The translations under genes and the position numbers were made by a program. A model generated the notes under the pieces. The model did no database searches. It saw nothing but the letters and a program-made list of their open reading frames with translations, and had not been told where the DNA came from. A stretch of DNA of 64,000 bases from the NCBI GenBank assembly GCA_027022365.1, contig JALVYU010000031.1, positions 160,001 through 224,000 of the forward strand, read 5' to 3'. This DNA comes from Desulfurococcales archaeon (GTDB lineage: Archaea > Thermoproteota > Thermoprotei_A > Sulfolobales > Desulfurococcaceae). Each line of letters starts with the position of its first letter. The stretch's first letter is position 1. Positions 8,107 to 17,735 of the stretch are shown piece after piece.

Positions 8107-10206
8107 TCATCCCGTCGTAGCGGTTACGCTAGTGTAAGGGACACCGTACCATTCCTGATAATAACTGTTCGCTATCTCTGTAAAGTTAGTATTCGACCAA
8201 AGGCTCGGATAGAGCTTGATTGAGAGCCACAGTATAAATATTGATGCGCTGACACCCCAGTGCTCATAGTACGGCTCCTTGTATACTCTGCCATTCTTTA
8301 CCGCGTCAATACTCTTCAACGCCGGATTGTCTAGGATGTCTTTGGGGTCGTATCTGGCGTAATACCATATTATTATGACCTGGGGATTCCAGCCAATGAT
8401 CTTCTCTAGATCTACCGATACATAGTCTTTATTAGGGTAGTCCTTAGCGGCAACGTTTATCCCGCCAGCCAGGACTATGAAATCATTAACTGTTCCGCGG
8501 CCTCCCTGCACCATTGTTTCTTTGCTCCACAGATAAAGCACTCTAACCCTCTTATCACTAGGTATATCTGAAACTCTCGACTCCACCAATGCGATGATCT
8601 TGTCCATATCGTTTACTAATTGATAAGCCCTGCTCCTCTCATTGAATACTACTCCGAAGAGCCATATAAGCCTCTTAATATCGTTGAAACTATAGCACTG
8701 GACCTTGATAACCGGTATACCCTGGGCCTCTATTTCTTTCACAACTTTTTCGTTGTATGGCCACGTTATTACCACTTGTGGCTTGAGGGCCAGTAAGTCC
8801 TCTACATTGACCGAGAAGCTGCTTCCAGGTGATGGTGTCTTGGTTATGTTCGGGTATGCCTTCAGCATTAGGGGATTATATTTAGCGTATTTGGAGATAC
8901 CGACTACTTTGTCCATTGCGTGCAGGGCGAGAACTAGGGTATACGATATAAAGTCGACGGCCCTGGTGATCTTTGGCGGGAGCTCCACAGTTTCCCCTGT
9001 CATGTCCACTATTTTCATCCATTTAATGCTGTAGGAGGCGAATGCCTGCGCGGGTATGAATTCATGGTAGAAATGGGTGAACAGGTATTCTGCATCGTCT
9101 CTCCAGCTAATATCTTTAAATACGTCGGGATATAGTAGGGAGGCGATGTACTCTATACCAATTATACTTCTCGGCCCCCAGTCGAGAACTCCCCCTATTT
9201 CAGACCAGCATGGAACAATGTAGATACGGCCGCTTTTATAGGCGCTAAGGGCCTGCCATTTAGGATCACTCCTTATCTTCTCGATCACACTATTTATCGA
9301 GGATACAGATGATGTGACAAGTATGACGTCGGGGTTCCACGATGCCAGCGTCTCGAAGTCTATCTTAGGCCATTTCTCGTTCGGGAAATTCTTGAGCGCC
9401 AGGTTCACAGCACCGGCCTCTTCCACTGCGTGGCCCCAACTTGTGTTGGAGTAGAGGAGTATACTTCCTTTTATTAATGAGTATCCGTCGAGCAATACCG
9501 CCGATACCTTGTCCTTAACGCTACTGGCGAGGCTCTTGATTTTGTGATAGTGGGATGACAGGTATTCTGATAGCTCGTTTGCCTGGCTAGTATGTCCAGT
9601 TATTTCGCCGAGTATCTTGATCGCTTTTAGCTCGTCGTCGAAGCCATGCATGAATAAGCCAACAACTTTTATCCCCATCTGCTCTATCTTAGAAGCTATT
9701 TCCCCGGCTTTACCGTAGCCTACGTCCATGATTACAACGTCGGGCTTTAGAGCAGCGATCTCTTCTATGTTGACCCCGGTGAAAACACTTCCTATGGATG
9801 GTTTACTCCTAATATTCTCTGGAAGGTATTGGTCGTACTTGACGTACTTTCCTATCCCGACAATAAGGTTCCCAGCTCCTATTGCGAGGAGTGTTTCAGC
9901 CCAGTATGATTCTAGGACTACTATTCTTTCGACGGGCTTGTTGAAAACGATCTTTTTGCCCCTGAAATCCGTGACTATTATCGGTTTTATTTTTGATGTT
10001 TTGGTGGTTGTAGTGATGGTGTGTGGGGCTGTTGTGGTCGTTGTTGATGTGCTTGTCTGTCTCACAGTATTTATTGATGTTTGGGGAGCTGTTTTTGCGG
10101 GCTTGTTTATATACGTGTAGTATAGTGTTATACTGCTTCCTATACCGACTATTATTATTAGTATTATAAGCGCTGCAGCGGCCTTGGTGATCCCCTTGTA
10201 TTTCAA
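8107..10206 (-). CDS. ABC substrate-binding protein with two tandem class III (FecB/BtuF-like) domains
   Basis: Probable TTG start at 10206 after GAGGTG; N-terminal TM anchor, Thr-rich linker, then two repeats of D..G..h......RIV...NxExIxALKPDVV...NP.VI...AxKxGRxY. Confidence 0.88.
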   Translation of the reverse strand: MKYKGITKAAAALIILIIIVGIGSSITLYYTYINKPAKTAPQTSINTVRQTSTSTTTTTAPHTITTTTKTSKIKPIIVTDFRGKKIVFNKPVERIVVLESYWAETLLAIGAGNLIVGIGKYVKYDQYLPENIRSKPSIGSVFTGVNIEEIAALKPDVVIMDVGYGKAGEIASKIEQMGIKVVGLFMHGFDDELKAIKILGEITGHTSQANELSEYLSSHYHKIKSLASSVKDKVSAVLLDGYSLIKGSILLYSNTSWGHAVEEAGAVNLALKNFPNEKWPKIDFETLASWNPDVILVTSSVSSINSVIEKIRSDPKWQALSAYKSGRIYIVPCWSEIGGVLDWGPRSIIGIEYIASLLYPDVFKDISWRDDAEYLFTHFYHEFIPAQAFASYSIKWMKIVDMTGETVELPPKITRAVDFISYTLVLALHAMDKVVGISKYAKYNPLMLKAYPNITKTPSPGSSFSVNVEDLLALKPQVVITWPYNEKVVKEIEAQGIPVIKVQCYSFNDIKRLIWLFGVVFNERSRAYQLVNDMDKIIALVESRVSDIPSDKRVRVLYLWSKETMVQGGRGTVNDFIVLAGGINVAAKDYPNKDYVSVDLEKIIGWNPQVIIIWYYARYDPKDILDNPALKSIDAVKNGRVYKEPYYEHWGVSASIFILWLSIKLYPSLWSNTNFTEIANSYYQEWYGVPYTSVTATTG

Positions 10207-10312
10207 GGTAGTGCACCTCGCATACTGAGGGGGTACATCTCTTTTAGAAATAAATACCCTGGCTCGGGGATATAAAATTGGTGCAGTACATCTCGATAAA
10301 TGGTGCACTAAA

Positions 10313-13300
10313 TTGACGAGGATATCCTTCATAATAGGCTATAGCGCATCAATGGCGGCAATGCTCGCGGAAATAGTACAAAAGCTATCTAGGAGATTCG
10401 GCTTCGAATACAAGATAATAACACCCTATGGTCTGGGGAGAGGAGATAAGGAATTCATAAAAGGATCGGATTTCATACTCATTTATTCCTCGAGGCTTCC
10501 AGACGAGTATGAGGATATTCTGGAGGAGATCAAGGACGAAAAGATGATTGCAGGGCTAGAGGATACACATTCTTATCTTACTAATATCGGAGCTGAGCAC
10601 TATACTCGCCTCGTCAAATACCTAAAGATAGGTGGACGTGAAAACCTAGAGTCGCTGGTCTATTACATACTCAAATTATTAGGCTACAATGTAGATGCTC
10701 CTCAGCCCAAGCCCGTTCCATGGCATGGAGTATATCACCCAGCCCTAGGCGTGTATAGGACAACCCAAGAGTATCTTCAAGCCTATAAGTTCTCTGATAG
10801 GCCCCTAGTAGGTATACTATTCTATAGGAATGACTGGCTCTATGGAAGAACCCGTCTCGTAGACGAGCTCGTCAAAGCAATAGAGGCCGAGGGCCTCGGC
10901 GTTCTCCCTGTTTTCACGTACGGTTTCAAAGACAAATACCTGGGAACACCATCATCCGAGGACACTATAAGGGAGTATTTCATACAGGACAACAAATCGA
11001 TAATAGACGTACTAATCAATCTCACGAGTTTCTTCATACTAGACCATGGCAGGAGCAGGGAGTGGAGCGTTAAAGGCTATGAACTTGCCAGTGGACTGCG
11101 TCTACTAAAGAAAATAAACGCACCAGTGCTCGAATACCTGACCATGTATGATAGGAGCCCCGAGCAGTGGAGGGATGATCCAAAGGGATGCGGGTACATG
11201 ACACTAGTATATAGGATAAGCATGTCCGAAGTCGATGGAGCGATAGAACCAATACCGGTTGCCGCAACCAGGCTGAATGAGTACGGGGGCAAAGACATAG
11301 TGCCTCTGCGAGACCAAATAAGGATTGTTGCTAGAAGGATCAAGAAATGGGTTAGACTAAGACATAAACCACCGAGTGAGAGAAGGATAGCGATCATACT
11401 GATAAATCCGCCGTGCAAGGGCCTGGAAGCGAATGTTGCGGTGGGCTTCGGCCTGGATGTCCCCGAGAGCGTTGTCAAGTTCCTCAAGAAGCTGAAGGAG
11501 GCAGGCTACGATGTCGGTTATGAAATCCCGGAAACGGGAGAGGAACTGATAAAGATGATCATGGAGAAAAAGGCGTTAAGCGAGTTCCGATGGACATCTG
11601 TCGAGGACATAGTCACGAATGGCGGAGCGCTGGACATCCTCCCCCTCATCAAGTACCTCGAATACTATCGAGAACTGCCTGAGAAGGCCAGGAGGGAGAT
11701 AGAATCCTCGTGGGGCGACCCCGTTAGAGTGGTTAGGGAGAAGCCGCCGGGGCTGGCGGGCATGATCCATGACGGCGGCTTCGTGATCCCCGGCCTCAGG
11801 TTCGGCAATGTGGTCATTATACCGCAGCCTAAAAGAGGGTGTGCTGGCCCTAGGTGTGATGGAACAGTATGTAAGATACTTCACGATCCAAATGTCCCGC
11901 CGCCCCATCAATGGCTTGCCGTCTACTGGTGGATAACTAGGGTATTTGACGCGGATATTATGATTCACTTCGGGACGCACGGTTACCTCGAGTTCCTGCC
12001 CGGAAAGAACGCTTGTCTATCGAGTTCTTGTTGGCCACTGATAAGCATCGATGACACGCCCCACCTATACGTCTACGTGGTATCAAACCCTATGGAGGGC
12101 TCGATCGCTAAGCGCCGCGGGATGGCGGCACTAGTAGATCATCTCTATCCGCCCATGGCTGCTGCCGACACAATGAGTGAGCTCGACGACCTTGTCAACC
12201 AGTATCTTAAAGCCAAGAATATGGGGGACGAGACGCGCAGGAAAGAGCTACTGGAGATGATAAAGGAGCTGGCGGTGAAGCACGATATAAAGCTACGAAA
12301 AGGTATGGGTGCGGACGAGATCATAGAGGCTGTGCACAAGAAGCTCCACATAATAGGAGAAACAGACATAAATCTCGGACTACACGTCCTAGGCAGGCCG
12401 CCGACCCCTGTATCGAAACTGGCTAAATACGTGGTAACAATAGATACAAGACTCCCCCCAGAACAATCGCTCGTGAAAAATATTTCTCGCATCATAGGAG
12501 TAAAGTACGGGGAACTCGACGATAACCCCATGAAAATCCATGAAAAACTAGGGATACCGTATAGAGAACTGAAAAAGAAGATCAGGAAGGCCGCCGAAAA
12601 AATACTGGAGAAAACCCTTGAGTCGAAGGAACAAGCAGATCATCTACGGATACTCGAGGAAATTATTATGGAGTATTTTCCAGGAGCAAGGATTAGATCC
12701 TTAAATGACTGTATATATGCCCTTAAAAACGCTCTACGAATAGCTGAGCTGCTAACGGATACGGACAAAGAGATGGCCTCCCTTCTAGACGGAGTAGCAG
12801 GAGGATACATTGAACCAGGCCCTTCCGGCAACCTATACAGGGGTAAGATCAACGTACTCCCAACTGGGAGGAACTTCTACCTCCTAGACCCACGGACACT
12901 CCCAACAAGAGCAGCCTGGATGATAGGCACAAAGTCAGCTGATCTTCTCATTAAGTACTATGTTGAGAAGCATGGGAGAATGCCTGAGACCATAGGACAA
13001 GTACTATGGAGTATTGACGCCTTTAAGGCTGATGGGGAGCAGCTGGCCCAGATACTATACCTGCTAGGCGTCGAGCCTGTATGGGATGACGGAGGAAATG
13101 TCGTGGATCTGAAGCCAATACCGCTGGAGGAGCTGGGCAGGCCGAGAATAGATGTCCTGGTGAGAATAAGTGGTATAGTTAGAGATCTCCTACCAAACTA
13201 TATAGAGCTGATCGATAGGGCTGTCTCCATCGTGATCAGTCTGGATGAGCCCCCCGAAATGAACTTTCCGAGGAAACACTATCTCGAAGACGTAGAGAAG

Positions 13301-14173
13301 CTAGTTAGCCTCGGCTACAGTAGGGGAGAGGCCGAAGAGATCGCGAGGCACCGTGTTTACGGTTCACCCCCAGGTAGTTATGGAGCAGGGGTAAATCTGG
13401 CCGTAGAGGCATCCGCGTGGAAGGACAGCGGTGATCTTGCCAAGATATGGGTGCAGTGGAGCGGGTACGCCTATACCCGAAGCAAATACGGTGTCGAGTC
13501 CCACGAGCACCTCGTCCTCAGCCTCAGGCGCGTGGACATGGTTAACAGGAACCATGTAAGCGACGAACACGACATACTGGGCTGTTGCTGTTACTTCTCA
13601 TACCATGGAGGATTCTACAATGCTGCTAAGACGCTGTCGGGCCGTGAGGTAGAAGCTGTGACTATAGACACCCGTAACGTGTACAGTTTAAGGATCAGGG
13701 GGATGGATGAGGAAATAGAGCGTGTGGTCCGGGCCAAACTACTAAATGATCAATGGATAGCTGAGATGAAGAAGCACGGCTACCGTGGTGCAAGCGAGTT
13801 TCAGCGTAAAATACTCCATTTCTATGGATGGGCCTCGGTGTCGGGGCTAGCCGAAGACTGGATGTTCGAGAAAATCGCCGAGAAATATGTTCTGGATGAG
13901 GAAATGAGGGAATGGTTCCTAGAGCACAACAAGTGGGCTCTAGAGGAGATCACTAGGAGGCTAATCGAGGCGGGACTTAGAGGGGTCTGGAAAGCACCTT
14001 CCGAGCTCCTAGATAAATTAAGACAGGTATATTCCGAGATAGAGGGTTATCTCGAAGAGGAACTCGGTGCTGGAGAAGTACAGGGAGGCGCCATAGACGT
14101 GGTGGGCTATGATGAAGTAGAGGAATGGAGGGAGAAGATGGAGAGAATCGATAAAATACTGGAAGAGATATAG
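10313..14173 (+). CDS. cobN: CobN/ChlH-family class I chelatase large subunit
   Basis: 1286 aa; HFGTHG.LEFLPGK, NPMEG..AKRR, PGPSG, LPTGRNFY, GRPRIDV..RISG..RD, YGAGV, M.KHGYRGA. Confidence 0.93.
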   Translation: MTRISFIIGYSASMAAMLAEIVQKLSRRFGFEYKIITPYGLGRGDKEFIKGSDFILIYSSRLPDEYEDILEEIKDEKMIAGLEDTHSYLTNIGAEHYTRLVKYLKIGGRENLESLVYYILKLLGYNVDAPQPKPVPWHGVYHPALGVYRTTQEYLQAYKFSDRPLVGILFYRNDWLYGRTRLVDELVKAIEAEGLGVLPVFTYGFKDKYLGTPSSEDTIREYFIQDNKSIIDVLINLTSFFILDHGRSREWSVKGYELASGLRLLKKINAPVLEYLTMYDRSPEQWRDDPKGCGYMTLVYRISMSEVDGAIEPIPVAATRLNEYGGKDIVPLRDQIRIVARRIKKWVRLRHKPPSERRIAIILINPPCKGLEANVAVGFGLDVPESVVKFLKKLKEAGYDVGYEIPETGEELIKMIMEKKALSEFRWTSVEDIVTNGGALDILPLIKYLEYYRELPEKARREIESSWGDPVRVVREKPPGLAGMIHDGGFVIPGLRFGNVVIIPQPKRGCAGPRCDGTVCKILHDPNVPPPHQWLAVYWWITRVFDADIMIHFGTHGYLEFLPGKNACLSSSCWPLISIDDTPHLYVYVVSNPMEGSIAKRRGMAALVDHLYPPMAAADTMSELDDLVNQYLKAKNMGDETRRKELLEMIKELAVKHDIKLRKGMGADEIIEAVHKKLHIIGETDINLGLHVLGRPPTPVSKLAKYVVTIDTRLPPEQSLVKNISRIIGVKYGELDDNPMKIHEKLGIPYRELKKKIRKAAEKILEKTLESKEQADHLRILEEIIMEYFPGARIRSLNDCIYALKNALRIAELLTDTDKEMASLLDGVAGGYIEPGPSGNLYRGKINVLPTGRNFYLLDPRTLPTRAAWMIGTKSADLLIKYYVEKHGRMPETIGQVLWSIDAFKADGEQLAQILYLLGVEPVWDDGGNVVDLKPIPLEELGRPRIDVLVRISGIVRDLLPNYIELIDRAVSIVISLDEPPEMNFPRKHYLEDVEKLVSLGYSRGEAEEIARHRVYGSPPGSYGAGVNLAVEASAWKDSGDLAKIWVQWSGYAYTRSKYGVESHEHLVLSLRRVDMVNRNHVSDEHDILGCCCYFSYHGGFYNAAKTLSGREVEAVTIDTRNVYSLRIRGMDEEIERVVRAKLLNDQWIAEMKKHGYRGASEFQRKILHFYGWASVSGLAEDWMFEKIAEKYVLDEEMREWFLEHNKWALEEITRRLIEAGLRGVWKAPSELLDKLRQVYSEIEGYLEEELGAGEVQGGAIDVVGYDEVEEWREKMERIDKILEEI

Positions 14174-14203
14174 CTTGATTGGTACACAGTCTAATGATAA
14201 TAG

Positions 14204-16117
14204 GTGCAGATAATGGGTTATTCGACCAGAATAACTGTCTTCCCGTTTACGGCGATAGTGGGGCTAGATGATGCTAAGACAGCACTACTCGCCGTTGCCG
14301 TGAACCCCCTCATAGGAGGCGTACTTCTCAGGGGAGACAAGGGAACAGGTAAGACGACACTGGTAAGATCATTAGCGAACCTACTCCCGGAGATCAAGGT
14401 AGTCGCGGACTGCCCGTTCAACTGTGACCCGGAAAACCCCAGCATGATGTGCGATAATTGTTACAGGCGGTGGAGACGGGGAGAAAAACTACCCGTAACC
14501 ACACGAAAGATGCGCGTAGTCGATCTCCCCTTAAGTGTTACTCCGGACAGATTGATAGGGACGATAGATGTAGAGAAGTTCCTCAGAGAAGGAGTAAAAG
14601 CAGTCAGCCCTGGACTATTGGCCGAGGCAAACAGAAATATACTCTACATAGATGAAGTAAACCTTCTCGACGACTACATAGCTGATCTAATACTAGATGC
14701 CGCGGCATACGGCTGGAACATCATTGAAAGAGAACATGTTTCCTTCAAACACCCCTCAAGATTCATACTAGTTGGGAGTATGAACCCCGAGGAAGGCGAG
14801 CTCAGGCCCCAGCTACTGGACAGGTTCGGCCTAGTGGTAGATGTCAATGCTCCAATGGATCCAGAATTGAGAGCAGAGATAGTTAGGCGTGTCGAGGAAT
14901 ACAGTATCGACCCCATAGCGTTCTACAAAAAATATGAGCCGCTCGAAAACGAACTCCGTGAAAAAATAGCACGAGCACGGAAAATACTGCGCGAAGTAAC
15001 CATAGACGATGAACTACTCAGAGCAGTCGCTGAGAAAATAGCAGAGATGAAGATAAGGACCTGCAGGGCGGAGATAACTGTTGTTAGGACGGCTAAGGCA
15101 CTAGCAGCGCTGGATGGCCGGAGAAAAGTTAGCGAGGACGATATAGAGAAAGCCATGAAACTAGCCCTACCCCATAGGATAAAGCTGAACCCCTTCGAAG
15201 AAGCGGGAAAAAGAGAACGCCCTTTCGAGCAAAAATCTTCCGGGCAGACTAAACCACATAGTCATAACCATCATTACTCCAAGGACTATAATCTGGCTCA
15301 ACAAGGAGGAGGGGGAAATAGTCCAGGTAGCGGGAAAGAGCTGAGGCTAGGCTCGCTAAGACCTAGTACCTCGCTACATATCATTCCTATAAGGAGGGCT
15401 AGTAGCAGAAAATGGATGGATTATGGAAGGAGAAGCAGGAAAACGTTTAGGACTAGAATAGGGGGTTTCGTCGGAGCTCCTATAGGTTATATCTACCCTG
15501 CCCCGAGACCAAGAGACATAGACCTCGTAGGCACTCTCATCGCATCAACGATCATGGGAGATCGTGGTAAGTGTCTCGCCGAGAAAATAAGGCGTTGCCC
15601 CGTACCTGTCCTGACTATGATCTGTCTGGATGCTAGCGGGAGCATGAATTACCGGAAAAGAATAATGATCGCGAAGGCGATCGCATATATGATCACTAGG
15701 AGAAGCTATACGCTAAAAACATGGTTGTCGCTCCTTGCCTTTAGAGGTGAAGGCGTTAAGGAGTATATTCCGCCTACTAGGAACTACAGAAAAATAATGG
15801 ATTTGATCGAGAAGATCCCATCAGGTAGAAAAACACCATTATCCGCGTGCCTATATCGAGTGCTTGAGGAAGTATCTATCTTTCGTAAAAAATACAGGAA
15901 TTCTGAGGCAGAGGTCTTCCTCATCACCGACGGCAAAGCCAACGTCTCAATTACTGGTAAGAATATTAAGAGTGAACTAGTGGGCCTAGCCAGGGAGATT
16001 AGGAGGAGGAGAATAAGACTCTATATTATTGATCCGAGAGGGAGAACAGTAGATCCCGGCATTGACTATATAAAATTGATAGCTTACCATTCGGGTGGAA
16101 AGGTGATCAGGATCTAA
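14204..16117 (+). CDS. ChlI/ChlD-type AAA+ chelatase subunit fused to a VWA domain
   Basis: FPFTAIVG, GDKGTGKT, CPFNCDP, YIDEVNLL, MNPEEGELRPQLLDRFG; His-rich linker HSHNHHY; VWA MIDAS DASGS, TPL, TDGKAN. Confidence 0.9.
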   Translation: MQIMGYSTRITVFPFTAIVGLDDAKTALLAVAVNPLIGGVLLRGDKGTGKTTLVRSLANLLPEIKVVADCPFNCDPENPSMMCDNCYRRWRRGEKLPVTTRKMRVVDLPLSVTPDRLIGTIDVEKFLREGVKAVSPGLLAEANRNILYIDEVNLLDDYIADLILDAAAYGWNIIEREHVSFKHPSRFILVGSMNPEEGELRPQLLDRFGLVVDVNAPMDPELRAEIVRRVEEYSIDPIAFYKKYEPLENELREKIARARKILREVTIDDELLRAVAEKIAEMKIRTCRAEITVVRTAKALAALDGRRKVSEDDIEKAMKLALPHRIKLNPFEEAGKRERPFEQKSSGQTKPHSHNHHYSKDYNLAQQGGGGNSPGSGKELRLGSLRPSTSLHIIPIRRASSRKWMDYGRRSRKTFRTRIGGFVGAPIGYIYPAPRPRDIDLVGTLIASTIMGDRGKCLAEKIRRCPVPVLTMICLDASGSMNYRKRIMIAKAIAYMITRRSYTLKTWLSLLAFRGEGVKEYIPPTRNYRKIMDLIEKIPSGRKTPLSACLYRVLEEVSIFRKKYRNSEAEVFLITDGKANVSITGKNIKSELVGLAREIRRRRIRLYIIDPRGRTVDPGIDYIKLIAYHSGGKVIRI

Positions 16118-16331
16118 TATAGCCCGGTTGACAATTATTGTTCGATCTAAGTCATCGCTGATGGGTTTCAATAAAATTTTGGTACGAAATACTTTATTCC
16201 TTCTCTTGGAATTATTATGGTTTAACGTATGAAGATTATAATGAAATGAGAAAATTCATGGAACAAACTAATAAAAAGAATGCCTGTTCACACTAGAAGT
16301 GGTCTGAGAATATATCAGGTGCAATTCAGAA

Positions 16332-17003
16332 TTGCGGGCCGCGATTTTGCTCAATATTTCATCCGATTATAGTTACAGGAAAATTATATTTAGTGACATA
16401 GACGGGGTCTCGGTGATCGAAAAGGTTTATGAAAATGTGGAGAACGTTTTTGATGAAGCAAATATTGTTGGTGGAGGCGAACTGTACGATGAGGTGACAG
16501 AATTTCTCGGAGTAGAAGGTATTAGAGACGAGTATGAAGAGCCGTATTTCTTATCTAATCTTGCCATAGCCATCCGCAAGCTGGGCGATGTATTTGTTTT
16601 CTCACCGAATATGCCGTGTATAAACCGTAGATTCGTTGAAGTGCTTATACGGATATGGAGGCCTGGAGGATATCTTATTGTAGCTCCTTGTTGGCAAGAC
16701 AATAGTGTCGTATACGGCCAAGCAATATATTCTAAGCTGCTCATCAAAGATATTGAGCAACTAATTGAAGCGAAGAAAGATATTTCCGATCTCTACGATC
16801 TCCATCCGGACAAAACATATGTGCTCTACCTGGACAGATTACCTATAGCTTATACGTCTAGCACAGTAACTATAGATAATGAAGAGGACTTGAAAATGTT
16901 CAAAGAACTACTTGGCGTCAAGGACTCTTTAGAATATGCATGTAAGGAGATGTTCAAAGAACTATATCTTAGAAGAAGCCGCCGGTTCTTTTCGCCCTCT
17001 TAG
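16332..17003 (+). CDS. degenerate MobA-like NTP-transferase-fold protein
   Basis: MobA-like layout (IDGVSVIEKV, NMPCIN, AIYS, TIDNEEDL) but lacks the LAGG.S.RM loop. Confidence 0.55.
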   Translation: MRAAILLNISSDYSYRKIIFSDIDGVSVIEKVYENVENVFDEANIVGGGELYDEVTEFLGVEGIRDEYEEPYFLSNLAIAIRKLGDVFVFSPNMPCINRRFVEVLIRIWRPGGYLIVAPCWQDNSVVYGQAIYSKLLIKDIEQLIEAKKDISDLYDLHPDKTYVLYLDRLPIAYTSSTVTIDNEEDLKMFKELLGVKDSLEYACKEMFKELYLRRSRRFFSPS

Positions 17004-17588
17004 AATCTTCTTAATCGTTCTCCGAAACATATCATCGTTTTTCATTAGCCAAGAATAGTTTTTCTTAATCATCTCCGTGGGTGCCCAAACTATTTCTGGT
17101 TCTTCCCTAGAGTAATTTATGACTATAGCGATCCGATCCAAACCTAGGACTGTTGGCAATGTATCCGAGCCATGAGTGAAAATAATGTTTTTAAGAATAT
17201 GTAGTGCTCCGTTAAGCTCCCATTCCTCAGGTATTTTCTCCCCCCTTATGTTTTCTTCAAGTCTTTTCGGTATTCGGAGAACTGGTATAAGGAGTGCTAT
17301 TCTGAACCTTCTGAAAGTCTTCCGGGCTAGTTCGAGTCTCATTTTTTCGGTCCATTCGAGGGCTTCTCGAAGTAGCTCTACGGCTTTCTCGGGCTCTGCC
17401 CTGCTTTTAATCACTATTTTTTTATCTACGGCTGGTAGATGCGGTCTTGCTTCTTCAAGCCTAAATATGAGAAGGGCTCTGCGGCACGGGAAATCCAGCC
17501 TATTGTCTATAAAGAAAGCGTCTAACAAGTACTCCTTATTCCCCGCTTTGATCTTGTATGCTGGTATAATGATAAGGGTTTTAGGCAA
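16962..17588 (-). CDS. hypothetical protein, paralog of 28674..29264
   Basis: Shared motifs IPxYK, YLLDA.F.D, P.RR.L.I, ExNGALxI, KNY..L...D..FR. Confidence 0.7.
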   Translation of the reverse strand: MPKTLIIIPAYKIKAGNKEYLLDAFFIDNRLDFPCRRALLIFRLEEARPHLPAVDKKIVIKSRAEPEKAVELLREALEWTEKMRLELARKTFRRFRIALLIPVLRIPKRLEENIRGEKIPEEWELNGALHILKNIIFTHGSDTLPTVLGLDRIAIVINYSREEPEIVWAPTEMIKKNYSWLMKNDDMFRRTIKKILRGRKEPAASSKI

Positions 17589-17735
17589 GGCTAATCCTCT
17601 CTCCTTTTAGGATTTTTCTACAATTCCCTTATTATTAGTAGAGCACGGCGGCAGACATGTTATTTCTGGGAAAAACGTGGGGTTAGATTTTTATAATCCG
17701 ATTGCCTTTTTTCTTCAAGTAAATGAAAAACGTAA

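Noticed and set aside
9896-10216. Alternate-frame and antisense ORFs over Thr-rich linkers (also 17778-17993, 44956-45195)
   Set aside because: These are shadows of low-complexity ACN codon runs inside real genes.
10207-10312. GGTGCA repeats as an operator, or a cobalamin riboswitch
   Set aside because: Two of the three copies are explained as GGTG SD sites of the divergent genes, and the gap is too short and lacks a B12 box.
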